64,000 nucleotides of DNA from NCBI GenBank assembly GCA_964016885.1, contig OZ024743.1:105400001-105464000 (forward strand), read 5' to 3'. Of this stretch, positions 28,552-43,390 are shown one piece after another. The notes beneath the pieces are model-generated. The model was not told where the DNA came from and did no database searches. It saw only the letters and a program-made list of their open reading frames with translations. Origin of the DNA: Eledone cirrhosa (Eukaryota). Position numbers and translations under genes: made by a program. Numbering within the stretch: the stretch's first letter is position 1; every line of letters begins with the position of its first letter.

Positions 28552-29215
28552 TCTTCTTCTTCTTCTTCTTCTTCTTCTTCTTCTTCTTCTTCTTCTTCTT
28601 CTTCTTCTTCTTCTTCTTCTTCTTCTTCTTCTTCGCCCACTTATTTCTGAGGTGGTCGTGAGTCCTCAAACACTCCTTCCAGCGGGTCCAGTCAAAACCA
28701 ACAATTACCAATTGACTCGGCTTAATCCCCAAGCGAGACCTGACAAGCTCATGGATGTTATCCAACAATCTTGCACAGGGTCTACCCCTGGGTCACCTGT
28801 CGTTTGGTTTTGACTGTAAAATCTGTCAAGTGATTCTTTTTTATACATTGTAACCTCATGCCCGTAGTATCGGAGCTTTGATCTCTCAATTTGGAGAAGT
28901 AGCGGATTTACCTGGAACTATCGGATGTTTCTTTTCGCAATCATATTCTTTCGGTCATTACCCAAGATTCATGACCATAGGTAAGTTGGCAAAAATGCCC
29001 AATTGAAGTTAGCGAATTTCGCTTGCACATCTGCCGCCTTTTATTTGATTACCGAATGCTGAAGCTGGCACTTCATTCAGCTCTCGTCTTCCATCCCTCG
29101 TAAACACGGCCTCTAGATACCTGAGCTTCTCCACCTGCTTCTGTGGAACTTCTTTCACATGTAGAGTGAACTGAGCAGGGTTTCTTGGGATGACGCGTGT
29201 CTCTGTCTCTGCAGA
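28552..29215 (-). mobile_element. RTE LINE 3' fragment with (GAA)n tail
   Basis: Homologous to 23195-23960 (QVEKLRYLEAVFTRDGR); (TTC)n at 28552-28633 directly follows its 3' end. Confidence 0.85.
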
Positions 29216-29534
29216 ACTGATTTTAAAGTAAAATAGCTGACTGATCTTACATCTGCTAGTCTTGATACCACAACCAGTCCGGTTTTTTAATAATTCTAGT
29301 GACATCAGCGTCTGCGAGGGATTAATCGGCGCTCCCAGATGGAAGAACGTGTTCATAATAGAGAGTAATTGCTAGAACAGAAATCTAATCATTCCCCTTC
29401 ATTCGTATTTATATAGGGAACATCGTTCCTTCCAGTCATTTGTTTCTAGTTGAGATGGTCTGTGCTAACTTGTTCATTGACATCTCCTGTTAGAATATAT
29501 GACTCAGTCATTACTTCTTATTAACACTGCAGTA

Positions 29535-29757
29535 ACTAGTACTGTAGATTTGGATGGAGGATGGCAACTCCACTATTCAGGTGTGGCGTCAGAAATGGCA
29601 GCAGAGGCTGGAGTGAGGATACTCACAAGCCCACGGCTCTCAGAATATGTTATTCATTGGATTCCATTAGGAGGGGGGATTTGCCTCTTGAAACTATAGC
29701 TCAAAGATAGGTCTCTATCGATGGTGGAATTTTATGCACCAAACAAAGAGTCTGACT
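29535..29757 (+). mobile_element. RTE APE endonuclease fragment
   Basis: LDGGWQLHYSGV...AGVRILTSPRL...WIPLGGGICLLKL..YAP. Confidence 0.75.
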
Positions 29758-30118
29758 GAATACAGAAAACAATTTGAAAACAAATATACATATTCATCAA
29801 TACACACGATTTGTTTGGTATGTAGAACAATAGGACGTATATATCAACACAGACGCATAATTAGAGCAAAATATATACATGATTTACATATGTACACAAA
29901 TAGGTGATAAGAAAAATGTTACTGAAATACAAATAAAAGCTAGTTAATTACTAAAAGAAATACATACTCACACATTTACTTGCATGTTGAAAATACGATA
30001 AGCTCACATATACATTTAAAGGCATTCATAAGATAAATATAGTGTATGGAATCAGGCATATGCTATATGTACAAAAACAAACACATATATACACAAACAC
30101 AAATATATATATATATAT

Positions 30119-30511
<393 letters not shown>

Positions 30512-30566
30512 GTGAGGTTTTTTTTACAAAATGAAAAATAACCGAGGTGTCCTACACGAGTGAAAG

Positions 30567-30864
30567 TATAAAGAAAAAGAGATGAAATCGAAAATGCAAC
30601 TGGAGTCTTATTTTTTTAAAAAATATATATATTTATTTGGTTCCTTTACCGGTTTCGCAGTTCTTCTGCTTTTCAAAATGTGAGTTGAGATGGAGGGTCT
30701 GTGGTTTTTCTCACATCTGAGATGTGAGAAAAACCACAGACCCTCCATCTCAACTGTACTTTTTAAAAGCAGAAGAACTGCGAAACCGGTAAAGGAACCA
30801 AATAAATATATATATTTAAAAAAAAAATAAGACTCCAGTTGCATTTTCGATTTCATCTCTTTTT

Positions 30865-30870
<6 letters not shown>
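30567..30870. repeat. Near-perfect ~300-bp palindrome with a degenerate hammerhead in each arm
   Basis: Centre at ~30718; GCAG-aagaa-CUGC-GAAAC-CG-GUA/AAGG, with the upstream core decayed. Confidence 0.85.
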
Positions 30871-30913
<43 letters not shown>

Positions 30914-30919
<6 letters not shown>

Positions 30920-31349
30920 TATGTACACGTACATACATATATGTATACCGACGTACAGTAGTATGTATATATATATACATACATGCACACATACATACAT
31001 GCACACATATATATATGCACGTATGGATTCACCGAACATTTATTATAATGCTCGGTGTGTTTGTATTAAGCCGTAGTGTCTAGCAACCACCGTTGCTCGT
31101 TTGTTCAACACTGACAAAGGAACGCTGTACTAGTTTCAAGCTTGTTAGCTATCGTCAGCAACGTATACCGAGCATTATAATAAATGTTCGGTGAATCCAT
31201 ACGTGCATATATATATGTGTGCATGTATGTATATATATATATACATACTACTGTACGTCGGTATACATATATGTATGTACGTGTACATACTTATATTTAA
31301 GTAACAGCCGTACTAAGAGTGGGAAATGTTATATCGTTTCATTTTTTCC

Positions 31350-31352
<3 letters not shown>
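30914..31352. mobile_element. Fold-back copy of the ~455-bp hammerhead element family
   Basis: Arms 30914-31056 and 31167-31292; homologous to 56121-56785. Confidence 0.8.
31123..31163 (-). ncRNA. Minimal type I hammerhead ribozyme
   Basis: CGUUG-CUGACGA-U-AGCU-aaca-AGCU-U-GAAAC-UA-GUA/CAGCG. Confidence 0.8.
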
Positions 31353-31407
<55 letters not shown>

Positions 31408-31889
31408 TATACTATTTATAGTTATGTATTTACTATACTATAAACAACTATAAACAGGGAAGGTCAGTAATTTATTACTACCTTATTACCAGTAAGAGAA
31501 ATAGCTCAATGTAAGAATATCAGGTGTTTTACAGAGCAGTAATATAGATTACATAAGTATCAAAGTTATGTTTAAATCATTTAATCGCTGACAATTGTCG
31601 CATAATATATGTCGCATCCATTCTACCCTGTAAACATGAAATCGCTGACAATTCTCGTATAATATATGTCGCATCCATTCTACCCTGTAAACATGAAACT
31701 GTTGTCCACAACATCAATATATATGTATCAGTATGATTCATCAGTTGAATAGGAGGTTAATTATATGTACAAACATTGATAATGCTCCGAGGGCTGCAAG
31801 CTTAAGTTTGGAAGAAACAATTGTCAGCGATTAAATGATTTAAACATAACTTTGATACTTATGTAATCTATCTATATATATATATACAA

Positions 31890-31966
<77 letters not shown>

Positions 31967-32549
31967 AACACTTGCACATACACAAACATTAAAATTTGCA
32001 TTTTAGTTTCAAATTTCAGTCATATAGAAAAGCAACCAGTTTAATGGATTGACGCCAATGGATTAATACATCTAAGAACACAATATCAGTGTGGGGTATC
32101 ACTGACTTAATAAAGGGAAAGCCCATTGTATATCCGAAAACAAGATACGTATATACTATTTGAGAGCGGCCAAATGAGAGAGTCGTTAGAACGTCAATCA
32201 ATTTTTTTAAATTCGTTACGCCTCCCTGCGATCTCAGTTATATTTCAATGTCAATTTTACCTTTATCCTATTTAGGTCGAGAAAAAAACTTCCAGTCCAA
32301 TAGTAGCGTCAATAACCTCTCTTTATATTTTTCTCTCATTCCCTCTGTCTCCTTCTCTCTGAGTGTATTGACACGAGATTTGAATAACCAAAACACGGTG
32401 TATGTCACTACGACACAAATACTACTTTATCAGAAGTTACATCATCATACATACATACATACATACATACATACATACATACATACATACATACATGCAC
32501 ACAAATATACATAAATACTTACATACATACAGACATAAAATTCTAAAGT

Positions 32550-32810
32550 CTGTCTCCAGGCCGGTGGCTAATGAGGCCGATGCGTATCCCAGTATGCCAC
32601 GTATAACAACTGAATTTACAATACCCCCCTTTGGACATGGCGCCAGTCCATCACAGGGTGAAACACCTAGCTCAACTTCAGATAATTACAGTGAAGTAAC
32701 GTGCAATGAAATGTTTTGCTTAAGAACAAAACACACAACTCAGTCCATGTATCGAACCCACGACATTATGACCGTAAGTCCAACAACCTTACTACTAGTC
32801 CAGGCCTCCA
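32550..32810 (-). mobile_element. tRNA-derived SINE with CORE-like middle
   Basis: Minus strand: ggaggcctggactagtagtaagg...gggttcgat...gttcttaagcaaaacatt...ccctgtgatggactgg. Confidence 0.6.
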
Positions 32811-33006
32811 ATATATATACAAACATAAATACATACATAAATACATACAATCATACATACATAAATACATACATATATATATATATATATATACACTCAT
32901 ACAATATTTGACTGTAATTGATTAGCTGATATTTTGCTACGTTTCAAACTGATTTTAATACATTGTACTCTTTTGCTTATAGCGCTGTGTTTGTGTGTGT
33001 GTGTGT

Positions 33007-33046
<40 letters not shown>

Positions 33047-33142
33047 GCGCGCGTGCGTGTGCATGTGTGTGATTTGTATCTGTGTGTGTTTTAATCTATA
33101 GGCCCACATACATATTGAGAGTAATATATATATATCAATTTA

Positions 33143-33196
<54 letters not shown>

Positions 33197-35897
33197 TAGA
33201 TAGATAGATATGTGTGTGTATGTATGTGTGTGTGTGTAATTTGTGTCTGTATGTGTGTTAATCTATAGGAATGCGAGGTTATCACATAATTTTATACATT
33301 ATCGTTCATTGACTTGGAAGTTTGTTCTCACATCGCTATCAACACTTAATACCACATCCAGAGCAACAGTAGCAGCAACAGAAACAACAACATTAACAAC
33401 AGCAAACATGGTAACAACAACAACAACTACTACTACAATATTAACAATAACAGCATCAAGCAGAAGCAATAAGCACCGTTGTTATATTGTCAACACAGCA
33501 ACTACAAAAATGAATGTTGAAATATTCGGAAAGTTTTTTTATTTTATACACACAAGGACATCTTCTCTTTGAAGCGAAGAATCGTATTAGAAGTTCGGAC
33601 GTAAACTTTAAAATCATCAAATTAATAAAGATGTTGCTTGTGTTGGTGCCTGGAGATTCTATCGTTTGATGTTTCTATCCCGTTATTTACTGCTTGGTGC
33701 GTCGGTTTAATGCTTTAGCACGTTTACATTTGCAGGCGTTGATTGATAGATGAAAGACTATATGCGTATATATGTGCCTAATAACTCTCAGGGTATAGTA
33801 ATTCCATAAGCGACTTTTCACCTCTGGATGATTTTGCTTAACCCCATACGAGTAGCAATCACGATATTATTATGAGGCCTTCCCCACGCCCCCCTAAAGA
33901 AAGAAAGAAAGAAAGAATAAATGAAAGCTAGAAAGTAAGAACGAATGAATTAAGGGAAAAGAGAAATGACAAAGACCATACACAGATCTACTAGTTTGTG
34001 GACAATTTCTTTGTATGTTGGTTGAGGACAGCATGTTTAATCAATATCGATGTCACGTGAGATGTTCCATGATAACGGAGACTAGTCTTCTCCCGTCGAA
34101 ATATTCGTATTTCTGAAGAGAGTATCGAAAGAATTTATATTTAAAAAAATTGGTGTATTATACAATAGAACATTGGGGGGGGGGGGGGGTTATTAAAGGT
34201 TTAAACCATGCAAATATTTTCGATGTACTACCCACTGATGTAGTTTTTATTTTGCAGTTTAAACGCTTTTAAATGAAGGGGATTTGAAACTTAATACGGT
34301 TAAGATTCTAAACGCTGAAAAGACTATTTAGAATGATTAACAAGACGTAAATAATTAAAGCGGTTCCGATCATGAAATAATTAGACAATCGAATCCGGAA
34401 TTCAACACCATACCATTACATCTATAATTAAATTAATTCGATTGTGTGGCGTTTATACATCTCTATATGATTTTAATGCGGAAAAAATAAGTTTCTGAAA
34501 TCAGAAAATGAACTCTATTCATCGAAACTCGAATCTCGGTGATTCTCATCTTTAGTATAAGCTCTTTACACTTATTCTAAAATGATTAGCAATAGAAAAG
34601 GTTACTAATTACTAGGACTCTGAATTATTAATCGCGTCGTTAATATAAATGATTTGTAAGCGTCAACAACGCGTTTCTAGTTAAAACAAAACCACAGTTA
34701 ACCTCATACTTATGCCTAAAGTAGAAACAATATTTTAACAATTAGTAACGTAGACCATACATTTCAAAAGGATTTGTAACAAAAATCATTTTAAATATTT
34801 AAAAAATGAATCGGATTAAAAACATAGCTCAGCACACAAACTGTTTACAATATTTATAAAATTGTTTATTAGATTTTTTAAAACAATTAATATCAAAAAG
34901 AATTAAACATAATTAATCTACACAGATGATTTTGAAAGAGAAATTTCAATTAATAAAAGAATTATGGTATTTTTTTTTATATAAGAGCAACGTTATACCT
35001 ACCATAAAAGTTTTATATAAATATTTTATCTTCATTATCACTGATATCATCATTTGTGTTTTGTCAATAAGTTTTCAAGGCTACCATCAAGTTTCGCTGT
35101 AATTATGGAAGGTATTTTCAATTCTATTTTATTGTCATGAATATGAAATTGTGCATCATTTTATAATTTCGCCAATCGACAATGAGGTAAAAGGAGATTA
35201 GCCACAAAAGCGCTGCTGTAGCATTTAAAATTACATAAAAGTTGGGAATATATAGCGAAAATATTTATATATGCAGTTAAGTGATTAAATTTTATGTGTC
35301 GCTCAAACAAATTAAATCCTTTTGATAGTATATTTTATGTAGATCACCACAAACAACACATATAAAATATTAATTTGCCTCAGATGTAAACAATATTTAC
35401 AAAATGATTTTATAGGCTACGCTAAACTGAAAATATTAGTTAATTCTTTTTTTTAAATATTTTCTGATACGTATAAATGTAGCTTACAGAGAATCTTTGC
35501 TTTGAAGTATTATCCATAATAAAGCCGCATCCAATTATCTTCTGGGCGTAGGTAAACACAGAGATTCAGAGACAAATATATTCATATATATATATAGCAA
35601 ACATACAAACACACAGAGTTTTCCTCTAAAGATAAAATCCAAACTACTTTATATATATCACGCAGATTTCATCAGTTACATACTTTTATAGTATTAGTGC
35701 GCTGACTGAGCAGACGCAGCAAAGCGCCACACAAAATTCCGTATAGTAATGTCTTTCAAGTCTGCATACTGGTGTTCAGATCTCGTTAGTATTGGCTTCA
35801 ACGTTCCGCTTTTATCTTTTCCTGATCAAATATTGAGTGCAAGTAATATACTTCACTTGATTCAAACGCCCAATAAATCAATATTATTCATCAGGAA

Positions 35898-36062
35898 GTA
35901 GTTGATGGATTGGCAGTATAGGTAGAGAATCGAACAAAATGCTTTGCGGTATTTAGTTACGAATATCTAAATTCCGAATTCACAACGTTGGTTTTCATCT
36001 TTCATAATTGAGTTACTTCTTCTTCCAAATTCCTGCATATGTGCCAATGTTAGAAATAATTA
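35898..36062 (+). mobile_element. Diverged SINE
   Basis: gatggattggcagtataggtagaga...gtgccaatgttagaaataat. Confidence 0.55.
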
Positions 36063-36649
36063 TTAATCATGAAATTTAGAGAAATGATAACGAGTTGTAC
36101 AGAATATGATAGAATTCAACATTCATCTCAGCAGGATTATCCTCTGTGTAACAATATTAATAAAGAAAGACGCTGTCTATGATTTTCAAATAATGTTGAA
36201 TATAATCTAGGATTAAGAGGGATTAAGAAATAAAACTAATTTTCTCGATAGCAAACTGATATTTGGAGCGTAACGTAACAATCATTCTTATAGAGAATTG
36301 AGATAGAAGAGTTTGTTGATAAATATATGCTGCATAAAATATACAGCCTTATACCTTGGAACCGACGGTGTGGGGTTTAGGTGATTTGGCATGGAATGTG
36401 TTCATAGAAATAAACAAAATTGTTTACTGTCTTAGTTACTTCAGTAAATTCCTTTGGTTTAAATACAACACATAAAATAGGAACGAAAAAGTCGTACAAG
36501 GATTCAATGTGCACGAAAAAACATAATTAAGTATGTGTTTGCGGAGGTCACAAAATTAATTTAGTGAGACATCAACAGTTATTCACACAACCAGTCTAAA
36601 TTTAATGCCTTTAAATTTCTTAAGTTGTGTCTCCTTGCTTTTGTCAAAC

Positions 36650-36836
36650 ATTTGGCAGTATCGCTAGAGGGTCGGACCCCTTGCTTTGCAGTAAAGAGTT
36701 ACGGCCCTTTATTGTCTGAGTTCAAATCCCGCCGAGGTTAACTTTGCCTCCCATCCTTACGGGCTCGATAAAATAAAGTACCAGTAATACACTGGGATAA
36801 TTGCTGGCCTGGTGCCAAAAGTAGAACCAATTATTA
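36650..36836 (+). mobile_element. tRNA-derived SINE (main family)
   Basis: ttggcagtatcg..gagttcaaatcccgccgagg..aaagtaccagt..attatt tail. Confidence 0.85.
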
Positions 36837-37179
36837 TTAATACTAATGATTTTATGTCAATACGGCTGCTATTTTAAATGATTAAACATGTCCGGGAGTT
36901 TTACTATATAATACATGTTAGCTCCTACTTAACTCAATATTCCTCTCGCAGAAGACATCTCTGTGAACATTCCTCACATCATCATCGTTAATTTATGAAT
37001 AGCACGTGCTATTCATATGTAAAAGTACTGGTTTTATTCCATGTCATTCATTTATGTGTTCTCGTGTGTAATGTGACATCCATAGATTCTCACGTGGTTT
37101 CCTAAGGTGTAGAAACAAAAATCCGAGGATCTCCATTTTCAATCTACATGAGACGGAGTGCAGGATATGTTATTAACAG

Positions 37180-37389
37180 ATGATGATGTCGCTGAAGATT
37201 GTAATGATGATGATGACCATGATGAGGCAAATGATGATGATGGTGATGATAACAATAATAATAATAGTAGTAGTAGTAGCAGTATTCGGTGGTGGCGTCG
37301 TCGTCGTTGTTGTCGTTGTCGCCGCCGCCGTCGTCGTCGTCGTCATCGTCGTCGTCGTCGTCGTCTTTGTCGTCGTCGTCGTCGTCGTC

Positions 37390-37422
<33 letters not shown>

Positions 37423-37430
37423 ATGATAAT
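37180..37430. repeat. Compound trinucleotide microsatellite (GAT/AAT/GTC/GTA)n
   Basis: Direct reading. Confidence 0.95.
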
Positions 37431-38989
37431 AAGAATAGGAAAAGAAGAATAAAGAGTAGACGAGAAGACGAAAAAGCAAAACAAAAAACAACGAAAAAAA
37501 CAACAAAAAAAACAACAAAAAAACAACGAAAATAACCTAAGATAAAAGACTATCTAGTATGAGAACAAGAAGATGATATATGTAATCTAATTGTTAATGT
37601 TATTCTAATCGAATTACCTGTAATAGTCCCCTATTGCAGGTGTCTCGTATTGATTAACTTCGAAGATGAGGGAATTATGAAAAAAAACATTATCAGAGAA
37701 AAGAATGAACATACTCCCAAGTTGAAGGGCATATGTTTGTTGTTGAGCTGTAAAGGTGGTATTTTATAAAGGACAAAATGGTGGTGATGAATGTTTTTGT
37801 GTTCGTTTTAAAAATGCGTAAATCATTGAAGTAAAAAAAATATATTATGAAAAGTAGGTTTTATAGTTTTGTAACATACATTCCTGTAAGTCTTTCTTGT
37901 TTCTCGCGATGTAGAGCTACTATTTAAATTATAGGTGTGTGTATATGGTATAACAAATGTCTTGTAAATAGGCGCTAATGTTATGCAAACATGAAAACGA
38001 AGACAGAGCTATAAGAAGAATGTATGAGCGATATAAATATACAAACACACACACGTACACACGCAGGCACACACAGAGACACACATACACATACCCACAC
38101 ACACACTAATATCCGTTAAAAACCTTTTCCTACTATATAAAACATTACTGTGACGTTTTGCTGTATTATTTTCCGTTTAGGCTTTATATATATATATATA
38201 TATATGGGATAATAAATCATCGTTATAGGTAATCTAATTAGAGGTTGTATGTACTCTGTATTGTGGATAGTTTTAACGTACGGCGTTGTTTGACTCAACA
38301 AGAGGTTACCTTAGTTAGGTAGCGAGTTCACGGAAATTCCTATGCAGGTTAATCTTGGAGTAATAATAGTGAGTGAAGAATAACATGGTCAACAGTATAA
38401 AAAGGGTTTTATTTACAGTATTAACAATTATTTCATTGATTAGGTATGTCTAAAGGCCGCTAATCACTCAAAGTTGTGTCACTCGACCTTAAATATAGTG
38501 TATGCCTAATCAAATTATCGGAATAACTGAACATTTTACACACGGTGTTTGTATTTATACAACAGAGAATTCAAATAACAACATCAATAATAAAGAAAGA
38601 AAAATCGAAAAAGAAAACATAATAATAAAGAAGTTAGAATGAAGATGATAAAAAATAACTAAAAAAATATATATACGTGAAAAAATATGAACATAATACG
38701 ATTGTTGATAATAGTTGTGATGGTGGTGGTTAAAGTTATAGAGGTGTGTAAGTATAAAGATGTGATGAGGGTATAAATACTATTAATATGAAAATAAATA
38801 TTAAATATATACATATGTATTGGTTAAATCAGAGAGGGTTAGAATAGGAAGAAAGGATATATAATAAATAACAGATAAAAGATGAAATTAATAAATTAGA
38901 TATTAGGTGAAAGGTGAAGAGATACAGGATAGGATACAAGGGAAGAGGTGAAATAGATTTAGGGAGAGAGAGTGAAAGAATGGTTAGGA

Positions 38990-39178
38990 GATTAATTGTT
39001 TCTAATTTAGACACAAGGCCAACAATTACCCAGTGCATTACTGGTACTTTATTTTATCGACCCCGTAAGGATGAAAGGCAAAGTCAACCTCGGCGGGATT
39101 TGAACTCAGATCGTAAAGGGACGTAACTATGCTGGAAAGCATGGCGTCCGACTCTCTACCGATACTGCCAATCCACCA
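38990..39178 (-). mobile_element. SINE inserted in the PLE 3' UTR
   Basis: Family match; imperfect TSD atggttaggagattaat / atggttgggaaattaat. Confidence 0.9.
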
Positions 39179-41179
39179 ATGGTTGGGAAATTAATGATGT
39201 TGATTTAGTGATTAGTTGGTCTGTTAATAGTCGGTTAGTATGTAATTATTATAATAGACTCCGGGTGGTTCAGCTTGAATTATGGGATTGTTGCATCGAA
39301 TCATGTTGGTTTGAAATTTGCGAATTTAGTAGTTGCTTTGTGCCTACAGAAAATTGATCGTTTTATTTTGCTGTTAAGCAGCATTTGTCATACCTTAAAA
39401 TATGGAACAGCTCCATATTGCAAAGTCCGCACAGTGGGGAATTCCGTTTTTGTAGGCCTTTGCTCCCAATAATTTTGACCAGCTAATCCCATATTCTTGG
39501 TTTGTATTCTAAGCTGCCATAGTTTATTGACCAGCGTTGTTGTGTTCTCCAGTCTACCGTTCTTCATAGAATGTCTGTGAACATACCATCTTTTTTTTAA
39601 TTCCCCAGCCGTAGAACCTATGCAGTGCCATGCTAAGTTGCCCGAATTGATAGTACACAGGTACACTATATTTGATTCCAGGTATCTATTTTGTAGTGGG
39701 CCTTTATCCGGTAAGTGGCAGTTACAGTTGGAGGCCTTCCTGTGTACAGGTTCTCCGTTGCGGTTTTGTATGTTGTTATGTATGGGTTGAGATTTAGGTT
39801 TGTCGATGTTTTGTTGTGATGCGTTCTGACGTGTGTGTGCTTGTGATGTTGTTATGCGTATGTTGGTAGGTTATTTTCATTAGAGATTCTTCTATAGTTA
39901 ATTTTATGTATGTGTGATTCTATGTTGTCTGCAGTAGAGTAAGATAGTTTGATAGTTTTTCTGTTAAAGATTTTATGGTATTTGTGTAGTTTAGGAAAGT
40001 GCTTGTCAATTAGTTTAAAAAATGCAGAAGGTAGTTTGGTTTTCATAGAGGAGTTGAATATTGGATTGAACCATAAGTATTTCCTATCTCTGGAATTTCT
40101 ATGGTTCCTAGGGGTCCCTATATTAGTATTCGGTTCAGTTATTTCTGGTGCTCGTTGTTTATATCTATGTTTATTCCTATATTTGCTATTTCTATAGGTG
40201 TTGGTGGTGCTGCTGTCGTTAGGTGTGTTGTTGTCGTCTCTATCTGGTATGTATTTGAGCCTCTCCTTAAGTAAAGCTATGTTATAGTAGTTCGCGTGTT
40301 CATTAAAACTCTCTAGGTTAGAAGAAAAGCGTGATATTCTGAGAGATACACTATGTGCTATGGAATTAATTATGGAGCGAGGGTGGTTTGAGTTATAACT
40401 AATGTAAGCTAGATTTTCGTTATTTTTAAGGAAGGGCTCTATTAGTCCTGTGTTTAGGTTGAGTGTTACATCTAAGAAGTTAGCCTTTTTAGAGTTAAGT
40501 TCGAAAGTGATGCCTAGGCCTATTTTATTGAAGATTCTGCTGTTTTTTCGTAATCTTTCCAGTTTTGGTTATTTAAGTTTTTATCTAAAATGAGTGTATC
40601 GTCATTATACATTCCTCCTTGGTGGTTACTAAATTCGTTATGTAAGTTATGCGCTGCATATATTCCAACTATGTCTGGTACTTGAACTGAGTCGCTTGAT
40701 CCCATTGTGACATCGAGACTATTGTCTGTTTTATCTTTCTCAGTAACTATTATCGAACCTAATGATAGTTCTCCTAGCAGCTAGTATTATTCTAATTTCA
40801 TCAGAGGATAGGTCCCAGTTTTTCTGTGCAAAGGCTAGTGCCTTATTTAGGGTGACCGGGGAAATGGAGGAGTCGTAGTCATTGATGTCAAACTGTATGA
40901 AGTTGGATGTTTCCTTATTGTGTATTTTGCTAAACCAATCTATTGCTTCGTTAGTATAGCTTAATTATTTTTTTGTCTTTTATTTGGGCTATTATTCTAT
41001 CTAGTATATACTTGCTAATTCTACCTATATCCGATTTCGATGGGCATATTAATCTAATAGTGGGGTCAGTTTCGAAGTTACTTTTATGATCTTTTAGATT
41101 AAATGTGGGGTTACAAGGGGTCAGAGGCTCGGTTCTATCAGATAATTTCAGTTTTGTTACTATGCTAAATCCTTCCTTA

Positions 41180-41308
41180 TTAATTGTTTCTACTTTAGGC
41201 ACAAGGCCAGCGATTACCCACTACATTACTGGTACTTTATTTTATCGACTCCGTAAGGATGAAAAGCAAAGTTAACCTCGGCGGGATTTGATGCTCGGCG
41301 GGATTTGA
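41180..41308 (-). mobile_element. Truncated SINE inserted in the PLE ORF
   Basis: Family match; TSD tccttattaat at 41174-84 and 41309-19. Confidence 0.88.
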
Positions 41309-42473
41309 TCCTTATTAATGCTAGTGAGTGTAGATTCTGTAGTTTTCCTGTATTTTTTGTGTAATTCACGGCGTATAAGGTTATTGTATGTGTTAAGGGT
41401 CATGGTGTATACGTTTGATGTTTTGTCAGCTTTTATTATAATACCGTTTGTGTTACGTAGTTTTTTTAGTAGTGCATTGATGTCGTTTTGCAGTTTGTTG
41501 TAACGTGTCCGTTTTTTGAATTTGATTACGTTTATCATGTTCATGGGCTCAAGTTCGGAGGCATCAAGCTGGGGGTTATTCGGTGGATTTTAGCAGGATT
41601 TGAACCCGTATTTTTCACTAGTAAATTGCTCAGTGTTATTAGTATATCCTTTATCGTAATGATATGCCTTCCATCGGATTCAACGGATGAAGTCATTAGT
41701 ACGCTGTATCATGCCGAGTGTATATTCCCTGTTTGTAGGTATAGGTATGTTTTTTAAGAACATGCCTATGTGGTGCCTTTCTATCTTAGTGCCGTGCGTT
41801 AATTGCTCAACCTAGTGGGAGCTGGGTATATGGAATAAAAAATGATCGTTATAGGTAATCCAGTTAGAGGTTGTAAGTACTCTGTATTGTAGATATTTCT
41901 AACGTACGGCGTTGTTTGACTCAACAAGAGGTTTCCTTAGTTAGGTAGCGAGTTTGCGGGAATTCCTATGCAGGTCATTCTTGGAGTAATGATAGTGAAA
42001 GAGTGAAGAATAACATGGTCAACAGTACAAAAAGGGTTTTCGGATATTAGTGTGTTTGTGTTTATGTGTGTTTGTCTCTGTGTGTGTCTGCGCGTGTGTG
42101 TGTGTTTGTTTGTTTATATCGCTTATACATTCATCTTATAGCTCTGTCTTTGTTTTGATGTTTGAATGACATTAGCGCCTCTGTGATTTAACTAATGCAT
42201 ATGTATATATTTAATATTTATTTTCATATTAATAGTATATATAGCCTTATCACATCTTTATACTTACTCACCAATATAACTTTAACCCCACCACCACCAC
42301 TATTATCAACAATCGTATTATGTTAATATTTTTTCACGTATATATATTATATACTTATTTTTTATCATTTCATTCTAACTTCTTATTATTCTTTTTTCTT
42401 TTTTTTTATTATTGATGTTGTTATTTGAATTCTCTGTTGTATAAATACAAACACCATGTGTATATTTTTCAGT

Positions 42474-42580
42474 TAATCCGATGATTTGATTAGGCATACA
42501 CTATATTTAAGGTCGAGTGACACAACTTTGAGCGATTACCGGCCTTTACACATCCTAATCAATGAAACAATTGTTAATAC
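42474..42580 (+). ncRNA. Degenerate hammerhead in the inverted pLTR (sense copy at 38419-38525, minus)
   Basis: CCGAUGA-U-UUGAUUAGG..CCUAAUCAA-U-GAAAC-AAUU-GUU/AAUA; core U4 changed to C. Confidence 0.55.
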
Positions 42581-42798
42581 TGTAAATAAAACTCTTTTTG
42601 TAATTCTTCAATCTTTCACTATTATATATATATATATATATATATAATAGTGAAAGATTGAAGAATTACAAAAAGAGTTTTATATATATATATATATATA
42701 TATATAATAGTGAAAGATTGAAGAATTACAAAAAGAGTTTTATATATATATATATATATATATAATAGTGAAAGATTGAAGAATTACAAAAAGAGTTT

Positions 42799-43109
<311 letters not shown>

Positions 43110-43130
43110 CATACATATATATATATATAT

Positions 43131-43176
<46 letters not shown>

Positions 43177-43178
43177 GA

Positions 43179-43390
43179 GTGAAGGCGTGTGGCTGAGTGG
43201 TTAGAGAATTGGATTCGCAATCGTAAGGTTGTGAGTTCGACTCCTGGACCAGGCGATGCGTTATGTCCTTGAGCAAGACACTTTATTTCACGTTGATCCT
43301 TCTACCTGGAGTTGCGACTGATAGATAGTATTAGCAATTGGAAAAACCAACGGAAACATTGTTCCCTCGGTCCGATTTGACGAAAGTCGA
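43179..43390 (+). mobile_element. tRNA-derived CORE-like SINE
   Basis: A box tggctgagtgg, B box gagttcgactcc, then tgtccttgagcaagacactttatttcac. Confidence 0.85.

Larger units (their letters stand above)
38215..42040 (-). mobile_element. Full-length decayed Naiad-type PLE with direct pseudo-LTRs
   Basis: ORF remnants 41272-41544 (KADKTSNVY), 40951-41202 (LKDHK.NF...RLICPSKSDIG), 40520-40705 (MGSSDS..MYNDD), 39852-40046 and 39388-39666 (GIY-YIG). Direct repeat 38220-38410 = 41848-42040. Confidence 0.9.

Noticed and set aside
43179-43255. tRNA gene
   Set aside because: Continues into a CORE-like SINE body and has a second copy at 45550-45762; it is a SINE head.
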